Virus record (IMG/VR): IMGVR_UViG_3300005965_000002
Span: 186,001-250,000 of that record
Strand: one strand, 5' to 3'
DNA length: 64,000 nucleotides
The translations under genes were made by a program, and so were the position numbers. A model generated the notes under the pieces. It was given only the letters and a program-made list of their open reading frames with translations. It made no database searches and was not told the origin of the DNA. How positions within the stretch are numbered: position 1 is the first letter of the stretch; each line of letters starts with the position of its first letter. This document shows positions 41,180 through 50,629 of this stretch, piece after piece.

Positions 41180-42409
41180 ATGGCATTTAGAACTAGAAAA
41201 GTAGCTGATTTCTCTACCCTTAATAAAGATGTTAATGTCCACGGCGAGAATGTCGTGTCCATTAAAGGGGGCTCTGTTGCTATCGGAGATACCTGGATAC
41301 AGTTTAAAGGTACTAAAATTGATCTCCAGGATTTTGTAGAAAAGTATATAACCAATTCAAGAAGGTTGTTTAATCAGCGATTTGGTGTGCTTTATGTATT
41401 GATAGCGATTAACGAGAAAGCACAGTTAGAAGTAATACCTAGTATATCGTATAACAAGACATCGACCGGTGATGTTAAAGTTTTTCCTAGTTTATCGAGT
41501 AAATTACCTATAATGGTAGTTAAGCTTACCCAAGATGGAAGCTACGGGTTAACCGGTATTAGTAGAATAACTGAAAGCGATGTAGAACAGTACTTAGGGT
41601 ATGGTAATTTTACTCTGAGGGGCCCTCAGGGAGAAACAGGGGGTCTTGGCAGTACCGGTTTTCAAGGACTTACCGGTTTTATCGGAGCTACTGGTTATTC
41701 TGGTCCTACAGGGCTACAAGGAGAGACCGGAATTAATAGTTTTTCTGTAAAAGGGTATCCTGGAGTTAGAGGAGAGCAGGGGGAGAGCCTTCCAGCTTTT
41801 GAACCGACCAGATATGCGATTCCAGTAGCAAATTTTGTAGGTGCCCCTTTAAGCGGAGAAGCAAGTCTTTCTGTATCCTTTACCGATTTATCAAACGGAA
41901 ATCCAACTTCCTGGCTATGGGATTTTGGGGATGGAAATACTTCTACTCAACAGAATCCGACTCATAGTTACGCTTCAGCTGGGACATATACTGTGTCTTT
42001 GGTAACTACGAGCCCAGCTGGTGAGGATCAAGAGATTAAATATGATTACATAACAGTTACCGAAGCATTAGCTGCTGATTTTGCGGTAACCCCCACAGAA
42101 GGTGACGAGAGAGTAACTACATTTAATTTTGATGGCAGTTTCTCAGCCGGAACGATAACTTCATATAGTTGGGATTTTGGAGATTCAATTTCTGCTACGG
42201 GAGAGACTGCGACCCATGTTTATAATGGGGTATCTGGTCAAATTACAGTATCCCTTACAGTAACGGGGCCTTCTGGCTCAGATACTGTATCAAAAACTAT
42301 TACTGTGGACGGGTACATAATACAGAGCACAACAGATGACGATGAAGATACCTGGCAGGATACAGCGGATAGTTCAGAGGATAATGTACAAAATTCATCG
42401 GAGGAATAA
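41180..42409 (+). CDS. Collagen-like protein 3: shared N-terminal domain + Gly-X-Y repeat + 2 PKD domains + acidic tail
   Basis: GPQGETGGLGSTGFQGLTGFIGATGYSGPTGLQGETGIN...GYPGVRGEQGES, two WxWDFGD PKD units, and a D/E-rich end. Confidence 0.8.
   Translation: MAFRTRKVADFSTLNKDVNVHGENVVSIKGGSVAIGDTWIQFKGTKIDLQDFVEKYITNSRRLFNQRFGVLYVLIAINEKAQLEVIPSISYNKTSTGDVKVFPSLSSKLPIMVVKLTQDGSYGLTGISRITESDVEQYLGYGNFTLRGPQGETGGLGSTGFQGLTGFIGATGYSGPTGLQGETGINSFSVKGYPGVRGEQGESLPAFEPTRYAIPVANFVGAPLSGEASLSVSFTDLSNGNPTSWLWDFGDGNTSTQQNPTHSYASAGTYTVSLVTTSPAGEDQEIKYDYITVTEALAADFAVTPTEGDERVTTFNFDGSFSAGTITSYSWDFGDSISATGETATHVYNGVSGQITVSLTVTGPSGSDTVSKTITVDGYIIQSTTDDDEDTWQDTADSSEDNVQNSSEE
41621..41788 (+). repeat. Collagen-like Gly-X-Y repeat (13 triplets, interruption, 4 more)
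   Basis: Read directly from the translation. Thr falls at Y in every second triplet of the first 12. Confidence 0.9.
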
Positions 42410-44293
42410 ATGTCCAGCAATTCAACTGATAAACATATTTTGGCCATAACTGGGACGACCGCTCAGTTGTTCTGTGGCACACAAGCTCAGACTTTAAAAA
42501 GTCCTCAAATAGCAATAGAAACTACATCGGATATAAGACAATCCTTTGACTCTCGTCTGGTATTTAGAAATGCTTGTGGATGGTTTAGGCACGGAGCTGT
42601 ATTGGATGACCTGGACGCCAACAAAATGGTAGGCGGTCTTCATCGAGCAAGGAACCTGACACAGATAGAAGCTGATCTGGATTACCCTGCTACTGGCTGG
42701 ACTAGTTTAAGAGCATGTGGGATGCTAGCTTATGTGTGGGATGATGATAAGTATTATAAATTAGAGAGCGATCTTACAACCTGGACAGAATTAAAATTCG
42801 ATGTCACGCAACTTAATGACTTAAATGACGTTCAGATAAACTCTGTTGCTAAAAACCAGGTCTTGGTGTACGACACCGCTAACTCTAAATGGAATAACAT
42901 AGCCTACTCCTTAGCTAATTTGCCGGATACTACTGTTAGTTCTCCTGCTGAAAATCATATATTAAAATATGATAGTAGCACATCAAAATGGATCAATGCC
43001 GTCAACTCTTTGACTAATTTATCTGATACTAGTATCGGTTCTCCGTCAGGAGATCAGTACCTAAAGTTTAATGGTGGCTCTTCTAAGTGGGAAGCTGCTA
43101 CTCTTAGTCTTAATCTTGATGATATAGCTGATGTAGATATTACATCGGTTGAAGATGGTAGCATGCTTTATTATGACGGTACTAATAAAAGTAAATGGGT
43201 GAATACTACGACTTTAAGTATATCTTCGACAGGAAAATTGACTGTTAATTGTGACGATACCTTGTTTTGTGGAACTATAACTTTATATAGGTCAGATGAT
43301 CCCCATTACGGTCTTTTTATAAAAGATAATGTAACTTCTAGATATATAGACTTAAGTATTTCAGATTCTGACTATATGTATTTCCGCGCTGTATCAGATT
43401 CCACTACTCAACCTATTATTAACTACGAATACGTCTTAAGCGACTCTACGTCCGATAGTGGTAGCGAACCCGCCCATTTAATGGAATACTCTATATCTGG
43501 TGGGTCGAAAGTAGTTAACAGGGATTTATTAAGGATTGATAATGGTTCTGCGGGTTCTAAAGTTATACTCACTCGTTTGCGAGGAGATGGGGAGCTAAAT
43601 TTAAATTTTTATGGTGACGCAGACTTTGGTGGACATACGGTAGGTAGAAAGATGCTTCATTTTCAGTTACACGATGATGGTTTTTCTAATCCAGCTATGT
43701 CTGCAGATGATAACCCACTAGAAAAAACTATAGGAATTATAAAACCTATTTACGATGACGTCATGTACGGATCTGGGCACGGAGGGTTGAACATTACATC
43801 CTACAGTGATTCATCTATATCTATGATATTATGTGGTGTTTCACCATCGCCCCCTACTTATGACGGTTACCCTTCTAATACTGAAGCCGTAGTAACCGTA
43901 GTGGCAGCCACTACTTCAGGGGGATCCTTAGCCTCTTTAGTGGCAGCCGATAATGCGTTCGCCGTGCTTAATAGAGACAGAGGATTACTGTTAGTAAAAG
44001 GAAATGGAGATTTAATTATTGATGGTTCTCAATCGTCCTATGACGCAGAAGACGATTTACAGTTAGTGGAAACTGCAAAACTTACATTAGCCGGGATAAC
44101 AGAGGGTGTCATTGATAAGTACAAAGAAAGACTTAATTCTCTGGGCATCATGCACGGTAACTTAATTAATGTACGTAAGATGCACGCCCTGGAGTTAGGT
44201 GCGTTAGGTCAGATGATGAATATGGTCAGAGGTTTAGCGGAAAAAATAGGTGTCTCGGAAGACGAGCTTTTTGCCATGTCTAAAGTTTATTAA
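42410..44293 (+). CDS. Tail fibre-like protein with tandem shaft repeats and a possible C-terminal chaperone-like region
   Basis: GGAGG SD. Four L-x-[DN]-[LI]-x-D-x-x-I/V...L-x-[YF]-[DN]...KW repeats. C-terminal NLINVRKMHALELGALGQM...helix resembles intramolecular-chaperone-type ends. Confidence 0.65.
   Translation: MSSNSTDKHILAITGTTAQLFCGTQAQTLKSPQIAIETTSDIRQSFDSRLVFRNACGWFRHGAVLDDLDANKMVGGLHRARNLTQIEADLDYPATGWTSLRACGMLAYVWDDDKYYKLESDLTTWTELKFDVTQLNDLNDVQINSVAKNQVLVYDTANSKWNNIAYSLANLPDTTVSSPAENHILKYDSSTSKWINAVNSLTNLSDTSIGSPSGDQYLKFNGGSSKWEAATLSLNLDDIADVDITSVEDGSMLYYDGTNKSKWVNTTTLSISSTGKLTVNCDDTLFCGTITLYRSDDPHYGLFIKDNVTSRYIDLSISDSDYMYFRAVSDSTTQPIINYEYVLSDSTSDSGSEPAHLMEYSISGGSKVVNRDLLRIDNGSAGSKVILTRLRGDGELNLNFYGDADFGGHTVGRKMLHFQLHDDGFSNPAMSADDNPLEKTIGIIKPIYDDVMYGSGHGGLNITSYSDSSISMILCGVSPSPPTYDGYPSNTEAVVTVVAATTSGGSLASLVAADNAFAVLNRDRGLLLVKGNGDLIIDGSQSSYDAEDDLQLVETAKLTLAGITEGVIDKYKERLNSLGIMHGNLINVRKMHALELGALGQMMNMVRGLAEKIGVSEDELFAMSKVY
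42812..43204 (+). repeat. Four ~33-aa fibre shaft repeats
   Basis: LNDLNDVQI...VLVYDTANSKW / LANLPDTTV...ILKYDSSTSKW / LTNLSDTSI...YLKFNGGSSKW / LDDIADVDI...MLYYDGTNKSKW. Confidence 0.85.
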
Positions 44294-44298
44294 TAATT

Positions 44299-47200
44299 AT
44301 GAGAAATATTAGTCAAATATCAAATCAAGATAGAGTCGGTGAAAGTAGAACCGATACTGGGATCGAGTTTCAAAAGAACCTTCGTGAGGTAACTAATAAT
44401 ATCCAAGCGAGGCTGCTGAGAAATCTACCTAGTAATTATCCCCGGACTACAAACACCAATCTTGCTTTACTGTATAAAGCTATAGCTGAGGAAATAGCGC
44501 GTCTACAGGTTAGCCTTTCTAATATTAACTTAGATCAATACCACGAAGGTACAAGAACCAAGTACCTTTATCAGATACTCGGGGATTTGCTGTTTTTGGG
44601 TGAAAGATCCATAAATGAGAAGCTAACTGATGTAGAATACAGAGAGTATCTTTTAAAAATACGTAATGCATACCTTGGCGGTAGCGGTAAGGATAATTTA
44701 GAATCATCTGTATCCGAAATTTTAGGTCTTCCCGTAAAATTGAAAGAGTTGTATCTTGAGCTGCGTAAGCCAGACACAGTGTACAACCTAAAGGATACAA
44801 ACAAAATCTTCTTTGATATATTAATGGATTCAGTTTCCGCCAGTTCCAACATCGGAGACTTGTTAGAAGATTTGAATTTCTTTATTAGCCTTATCAGACC
44901 GGCTCATGTTTTGTATGACACTAGGTTGATATGGACTGACGAATTTAAAAATAACGATCAAAAATGTACCTTTGAGTACGTTACTAACCCTATTGCAGAA
45001 ACTGTTTACGACACAGAAATAGCTTATGTAGTAACGTACGATTTAAAGAAGCTATATAAGTTAGAGAGCTCGGGAAGCGGCAGCGGTTACGGAGTGATAA
45101 CAAAAATAGAAGGCGATACTGAAAAAATCATATTAGAAGATGGTAAAGTATTAATATACAGTTCTGATACCGATTACTTTGAGAAAGATGGGAGTGAAGT
45201 AAGCAGTGCTTCTTTAAGTGATTTTTCCGTCGGGGATCCTGTAGAATATTCTGCTACTAAAGATTCTTCTTCAAATTCCTCAGTTATTAAATCTGATTGG
45301 TCCTACTCCGGTACGATCTCTGATATTGATGAATCGCTATCAATAATTACTTTATCCGATAACTCTAAAATTGTATATAACTCTGATACATTGTTCTATA
45401 CCAGGGATGGAAACGGAGAATATAGAACATTCTTTTCTACTATAGAAATCGGTGACGAACTTGTATTTAAGGCAGAGAAATTTACATCGGAGTTTACCTT
45501 CTACAACACTCCTGAAGAAGTAAAAGATAATTATTACGCCCAGTTTGACCGCACAGTTAGATCTAAGCCTTACTTTCAGGAGAATGTAAAGAAGAAGCTA
45601 AAAACCATCAATAATCTTTCTGAAGGTTATCATGTAATAAATGAGAATGGTGTAGCTAAGGTAGTAAAAGTAGATGGAAGCTTTTACAAGTTTTTAAACG
45701 AGAAGTACTATAAAGAGATTTCAGTAACTCGGTTTGATCTTTTCATAGACGGGGTTTTTAAGCAAGAGCTAGAGTATGAGGAACCGGAGATTGTACCAAG
45801 CTTATCAGAGATAAAAAGCATCTTCATAGATGTATACGGTTATACTGAGATAATAGAGCCTGATTCGAATTGGGAAATTAAAAAGACTACCACTAAGAAG
45901 TATAAAGAGGCGCAGGATGGCGGCTCTTTGATGACTACTTCTGACGATAGTATGCATTTATGCGACAGAAAGGGGTCATGTTACCTTACCCCCTTCTATG
46001 AAGATACAAGAAAATATTTCACCTGGCCAAGTCTACAGCTAATATCAGGATTTATAAAAATAGATTACGATACCGATGAAGACGGAGATAATGCTGAGGA
46101 TAAATTAATAGATGGTTATTCTGAAGACACCACTGGAAAAAGTACACCTGCTTATTTTAATATTTCTTCAGACCCCAACTCTTATTCCATGCCCTCATTG
46201 CCAATGTTCAGTGCAGAGGGGGATCTAGCTGAAGCATCAGATCTAGTAGTTTACTTAGATGGGCTAAAGGTAGATAACGCAATATCCTCTGTAGACCCCT
46301 GGACTGGGGAGGTGACATTAAATTTTCTCCCGCCATATTATACGACATTACGTATAGACTATTATTACGCAAAAAGATATCCGAACCCAGTACAATACCG
46401 GGAAGAATTTAAAACCGATATTGTTGATGATGAGGAAAATGTAGGTGGTGAATTTTCCATTATACCTCAGAATGGAGTGGTAAAGAGGCTTTATTGGCCG
46501 TACGAGATATCGGATCCATTAATGTATGGTGACTCTAGGGATTACAATGTAAATTTGTTTCCTATACTAAATCGAGAGGGACATTTAGCTGATGTTGATG
46601 ATATTAAGGTATCGGTGGGGTATACGGTAGTTGCAGGGACACTAGAAGCCGATGAAGGTAGTTCTTCTTTAACTTCTACAGAAACTAATTGGGATGAAGT
46701 CCAAGATAATGATACAGTAATTATCGAGGCCCCTAATTATTTAGATCAAGAGATAATCTATAATATTAATTCTGTAGAATCTAGTGAAGAAATAACTATT
46801 GATGCTAATTTTGGTGTAGACTCGGGGACTTATTCGTACAAAATTATACGATATGTAACAGTAGAAAACGCAGTAGAATCAGTAAGGCCTTTATTGGGTC
46901 ATGTTAGGATTAACTTTTTACCACCTTCTGGGTCAATAATAAAGTTTGATTACTACTATACGCACTTTGAAAGAAAGTATAGATTTGTCCCTGATTTTGT
47001 AGATGCTTTTTCAAGAACTACAGATACCGCTTGGGTATATAATGGATCAGGGTATCTACTAGATGCCTTTTATGGTCCTAGGTTTGGCTATAGCCATATC
47101 TATGACCAAGGGGTTACTGGTATACAAGAGCCAGTCATTGACTTTGAAAAAATTAAAAAAATAGGATATCGGTATAGAGCTTTCATGCTTTCCGAAAGCT

Positions 47201-49002
47201 CTGTGCTTAATTCCCCTGAGACTCTTATTCTCGATGGTTATGAAAAGTATGGCACGCAGGCCTCTTTAAAGTCCAATAGAAATTTATTAGATCAGTACGG
47301 GCTCACTTTTAGTCCTGAATATCTATTGGACAAAGATAAGAATGTCATTCTTAATGATAAATATTTGGAAAAAGAATTACCTGCAAATACTGTGCTGTAT
47401 GAGGGCACTCCTCTTTTTATAGAAACATTCACAGATGACGGGCATTATAAGAGATTTATACTCCCTGATGGAGAAGATACTTATGAGGAGGCTGATGAAT
47501 ACACTCACGACCTTAAGGCTGGATTTAGTATTATAGATCCAGATCAATCAGGATTCATCGATGAAAACCCTATTTGCGAATATGATAAAAACGAAAAACT
47601 GAATTTTTATTCTGACCTCAAGATAGTTGAGTTTGATAATGGGGGCTATGACGCACATCTGGCATCCATTTCAGAAGGTAGCAGATCTCTACCTTTCTCT
47701 TTTTCATATGTGGATATCTATTATCCTAATAGAGAGCTCAGAATTAACGATTATCTGGATTATATAAATCTGCTTCCTTCAGAAATTGAGACAGGTAGAG
47801 CCCAGACATTAAACGGATCTAAGACCATCAAAGCCATAGATAAAAATTGGCTTACTCTCCATAGAGGTGATGCAATCACTTTTAAGGAAGTACCCATAAC
47901 TGAATGGGATGATGATTCCAAAGAATACGTGACCACATATGAGGATGTAGTATATACTGTAGTTGAGATCATCGATTATCAAACAGTAAGGCTGCACACC
48001 AGTTTTAAACATAAAACGGGACGCTATGATTATCAGATAGTTAGAGATTCTGTGATTGCTGTGGACGTGTTGCTGCCGGGCGGTAACTATGTAGTGAATA
48101 ACGGCGTAACAGGTAAGGTTGGAAATCTAAATAGAGAGCTCGTATTTAAAGAATCTACTGGGTTTGGCTATGGCTTACCAGAGTCCGTACTAAAAAATTT
48201 ACCTGGATATTCAGGTGCTGGTTTTTCCTTGAATTTTCCGGATCCTGACCCCGATCCTTATCCTCGTAGCCCAGACAACCCTTATATTACAGGTTTACCC
48301 GCAGGATCTGAGCTATTAAGCTCTGAGATTATTAAATGGGATGGAAGTTCAGTCTATAATGTAACAGGTTCTCTGTCAGGATTCACAGGACCAAGTGGGG
48401 CTGTTGATCTCGGTTTGACTGGTCCTACGGGATCTTATAACCCCCTAATAGTAACCGACGATGACAAATATTTTGTCCCAAGTGCTGTAACTGGTACATA
48501 CGCCTCCTATAGTGAAGCAGAATACAGGGTACAATGGAGAGATTGGGATCAGGACTTAGTGCTTATTTCTTTTGGCGGGGGGACTGGTGCTGGTGGAGAA
48601 ACCTCTCCTAGTGGTATTTTATTAGAAGATCCTATTAACATGACCGATGATATAGGGGACAGTATAAGAAGAAGTTATTGGGATCCTAATAAGTATAGAG
48701 CTGGAGAAACAGGTATTATTCATAATTACTATTTTGGAACATTATTAGAGATGTCTGAAGACGAGGACTCTACTGTAGATACTACTTTAAATACGGACGC
48801 TCTCATAGCGTTAGATAGCAATGAGGCTATGTATTTAGATTATCTCTATTTAAATGACCCCTATACTGGAATTAATAACGCCGTATCTGCTTTAAATTTA
48901 AATAGCGATACATATCCTCTCTATACTAGGTTCGTAAGAGAAATATTACACGATAACTCCCTTAAGGTCACAGAAATTAAAGAGTTCGGTAGAACGAGCT
49001 AA
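44299..49002 (+). CDS. Baseplate wedge gpI-like protein with a long C-terminal extension (1567 aa)
   Basis: N-terminal LLYKAIAEEIARL...LYQILG...DVEYREYLLKI...LESSVSEILG...FFISLIRPAHVL is the gpI/tail protein I layout. Two OB-like repeats and two NAV/ISSV...G-x-V-x-x-NFLPP repeats follow. Confidence 0.65.
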   Translation: MRNISQISNQDRVGESRTDTGIEFQKNLREVTNNIQARLLRNLPSNYPRTTNTNLALLYKAIAEEIARLQVSLSNINLDQYHEGTRTKYLYQILGDLLFLGERSINEKLTDVEYREYLLKIRNAYLGGSGKDNLESSVSEILGLPVKLKELYLELRKPDTVYNLKDTNKIFFDILMDSVSASSNIGDLLEDLNFFISLIRPAHVLYDTRLIWTDEFKNNDQKCTFEYVTNPIAETVYDTEIAYVVTYDLKKLYKLESSGSGSGYGVITKIEGDTEKIILEDGKVLIYSSDTDYFEKDGSEVSSASLSDFSVGDPVEYSATKDSSSNSSVIKSDWSYSGTISDIDESLSIITLSDNSKIVYNSDTLFYTRDGNGEYRTFFSTIEIGDELVFKAEKFTSEFTFYNTPEEVKDNYYAQFDRTVRSKPYFQENVKKKLKTINNLSEGYHVINENGVAKVVKVDGSFYKFLNEKYYKEISVTRFDLFIDGVFKQELEYEEPEIVPSLSEIKSIFIDVYGYTEIIEPDSNWEIKKTTTKKYKEAQDGGSLMTTSDDSMHLCDRKGSCYLTPFYEDTRKYFTWPSLQLISGFIKIDYDTDEDGDNAEDKLIDGYSEDTTGKSTPAYFNISSDPNSYSMPSLPMFSAEGDLAEASDLVVYLDGLKVDNAISSVDPWTGEVTLNFLPPYYTTLRIDYYYAKRYPNPVQYREEFKTDIVDDEENVGGEFSIIPQNGVVKRLYWPYEISDPLMYGDSRDYNVNLFPILNREGHLADVDDIKVSVGYTVVAGTLEADEGSSSLTSTETNWDEVQDNDTVIIEAPNYLDQEIIYNINSVESSEEITIDANFGVDSGTYSYKIIRYVTVENAVESVRPLLGHVRINFLPPSGSIIKFDYYYTHFERKYRFVPDFVDAFSRTTDTAWVYNGSGYLLDAFYGPRFGYSHIYDQGVTGIQEPVIDFEKIKKIGYRYRAFMLSESSVLNSPETLILDGYEKYGTQASLKSNRNLLDQYGLTFSPEYLLDKDKNVILNDKYLEKELPANTVLYEGTPLFIETFTDDGHYKRFILPDGEDTYEEADEYTHDLKAGFSIIDPDQSGFIDENPICEYDKNEKLNFYSDLKIVEFDNGGYDAHLASISEGSRSLPFSFSYVDIYYPNRELRINDYLDYINLLPSEIETGRAQTLNGSKTIKAIDKNWLTLHRGDAITFKEVPITEWDDDSKEYVTTYEDVVYTVVEIIDYQTVRLHTSFKHKTGRYDYQIVRDSVIAVDVLLPGGNYVVNNGVTGKVGNLNRELVFKESTGFGYGLPESVLKNLPGYSGAGFSLNFPDPDPDPYPRSPDNPYITGLPAGSELLSSEIIKWDGSSVYNVTGSLSGFTGPSGAVDLGLTGPTGSYNPLIVTDDDKYFVPSAVTGTYASYSEAEYRVQWRDWDQDLVLISFGGGTGAGGETSPSGILLEDPINMTDDIGDSIRRSYWDPNKYRAGETGIIHNYYFGTLLEMSEDEDSTVDTTLNTDALIALDSNEAMYLDYLYLNDPYTGINNAVSALNLNSDTYPLYTRFVREILHDNSLKVTEIKEFGRTS

Positions 49003-49014
49003 TAATCTATTAAT
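49000..49014 (+). promoter_or_regulatory. Candidate late-promoter motif TAATAATCTATTAAT
   Basis: Same motif as at 16491, 29761, 41149 and 50616. Confidence 0.55.
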
Positions 49015-49074
49015 CAAAAGTACATATATAGAGTGTATCTCTATATCTAAATTAAAATTTAAGTGAGGAGCATC

Positions 49075-49656
49075 ATGGCCCTGTTTAAAGAGATTTTAAA
49101 GAAAACCAAGCCACTAGGAATGTTGTTTGGTTCGGCGTTGCGTTACCAAGAGGAAGGTCCCAAGGTGAAGGGTCATCTTACTATACATTTGTATGAGGGT
49201 GGCAAAGAGATCTATTCATATGAAAAGCACAATATTATTGTGAATAGTGCTTCTATTCTTATTGCTCAATTGTTAAAAGATAATACAGAACCCGATAACG
49301 GGATTTCTTATCTTGGGGTCGGCAGCGGATCTGGTGGTTGGGACCCTTTTGACCCACCCGCCCCTACTACCTCTCAGACTCAATTAGAGAATGAGTTCTC
49401 AAGAAAATCTATTGATTTAAAGAGCTTTGTAGATCCTGACACTGGAGAGCCCACAACAACTCCTACGAATATAGTCGATTATTCGGTCACATTTGGGGAA
49501 GCTGAAGCCGTAGGTCCTATTATGGAGCTTGCTTTATTCGGTGGTGACGCTACATCTTCTTTGAATTCGGGGACAATGGTAAATTGGAGAACCTTCCCGG
49601 TGATCAATAAGACAAACTCTATGATCATGACTATTATTTTTAGAATTACTTCATAA
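49075..49656 (+). CDS. Stand-alone tail-fibre anchor/collar-like domain protein
   Basis: HNIIVNSASILIAQLL...ISYLGVGSG...TQLENEFSRK...AVGPIMELALF...NWRTFPVINKT follows the layout of myophage fibre N-terminal anchor domains. GAGGAG precedes ATG 49075, which is preferred over the GTG at 49063. Confidence 0.55.
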   Translation: MALFKEILKKTKPLGMLFGSALRYQEEGPKVKGHLTIHLYEGGKEIYSYEKHNIIVNSASILIAQLLKDNTEPDNGISYLGVGSGSGGWDPFDPPAPTTSQTQLENEFSRKSIDLKSFVDPDTGEPTTTPTNIVDYSVTFGEAEAVGPIMELALFGGDATSSLNSGTMVNWRTFPVINKTNSMIMTIIFRITS

Positions 49657-49657
49657 T

Positions 49658-50629
49658 ATGAAGCATTTACTTAAAAAGATATCATATAGTAGGTCCAAGG
49701 TAATAGGGCATGTTAAGATAAAGGATGATAGCTTAGCTATCCTATCGGAAAACAGCTCTGTACGGTATATTCTGAATGGTTGCGAGGTGTTTACCGGGCC
49801 TTTAAGAGAAGCATCCAAGGACGTAAACACCTCTGTCATAGCAAGTTTAGTGGCGGTTCTAAAGAGTGATGACGATAGCAAATTAAGTTTTTATTCGGGG
49901 GACTGGAAGAGCGCCCCCGATCATTATTTAGAAAAGACAGTAAACTATATAAAGGCCTCTATAGATGAAAATAAATTTTCTGTCTATAAAAAAGCTACTG
50001 ATGCTAAGAACATGGAAAAGGCGCTAAATATTGACGTAGCTATGCCGACAGATATTCAGGAGGCGGATAAGGTAATAAAAAACAACACGGTAGTACTGTG
50101 CTCTATAATGAGAGATGCTATGCGCGTGTTGCAGAAAGCCTTGGATCATGGTACCCTTTTATGTAGGAAAAAATTGGTACCAAGCATGTGGGGGGCAAAA
50201 GATACTCAAAAGTTTATTAATGAGATCAAATATCAAATTATCGATAATAAGTGTCTTTGGTCACAAATGGAAATTCTTTATGTAACCATGACAAAGGCCG
50301 TCAATAGGTTAGTAATAAAACTGAATGAGAATTTAAAAGAAAATGCTCAATTTATTACTGAAGTAATTATTCCTGATATCATAAAATGCTACGAGGATAT
50401 GAAAACAATTATAGTAAAAGCGGTAACGATACTCACTCCTCTTATTTACGTTGATGACATTTTTCATAAGAACACCACATATCCCGCTACTTGGTTTTTT
50501 ACGGAAGAAGTATTAGACGGGTTACGGGAAGAGTATAACAAGCTAATAAAGTTCTTGACCCAAATACCTGTTATTGAGACTAAAGTAATCTACCCGTTAG
50601 ATTTTTATAAACTTCAGATATCCTATTAA
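49658..50629 (+). CDS. Hypothetical protein (323 aa, largely helical)
   Basis: Long ORF tightly packed in the operon. No recognisable domain. Confidence 0.6.
   Translation: MKHLLKKISYSRSKVIGHVKIKDDSLAILSENSSVRYILNGCEVFTGPLREASKDVNTSVIASLVAVLKSDDDSKLSFYSGDWKSAPDHYLEKTVNYIKASIDENKFSVYKKATDAKNMEKALNIDVAMPTDIQEADKVIKNNTVVLCSIMRDAMRVLQKALDHGTLLCRKKLVPSMWGAKDTQKFINEIKYQIIDNKCLWSQMEILYVTMTKAVNRLVIKLNENLKENAQFITEVIIPDIIKCYEDMKTIIVKAVTILTPLIYVDDIFHKNTTYPATWFFTEEVLDGLREEYNKLIKFLTQIPVIETKVIYPLDFYKLQISY

Noticed and set aside
28343-42300. Archaeal (Methanosarcina-like S-layer) origin suggested by the PKD repeats
   Set aside because: This PKD type is widespread in bacteria too, and DnaB, a DnaG-type finger and PolA point to a bacterial phage. 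The host cannot be assigned from this window.
26742-42412. In-frame TAA-ATG junctions (26742-26747 and 42407-42412) as possible readthrough fusions
   Set aside because: TAA is rarely read through, and such junctions are ordinary translational coupling. 42410 has a strong GGAGG SD.
25147-44293. Diversity-generating retroelement targeting the adhesins
   Set aside because: No reverse transcriptase and no near-identical template/variable repeat pair differing at adenines was seen in the window.
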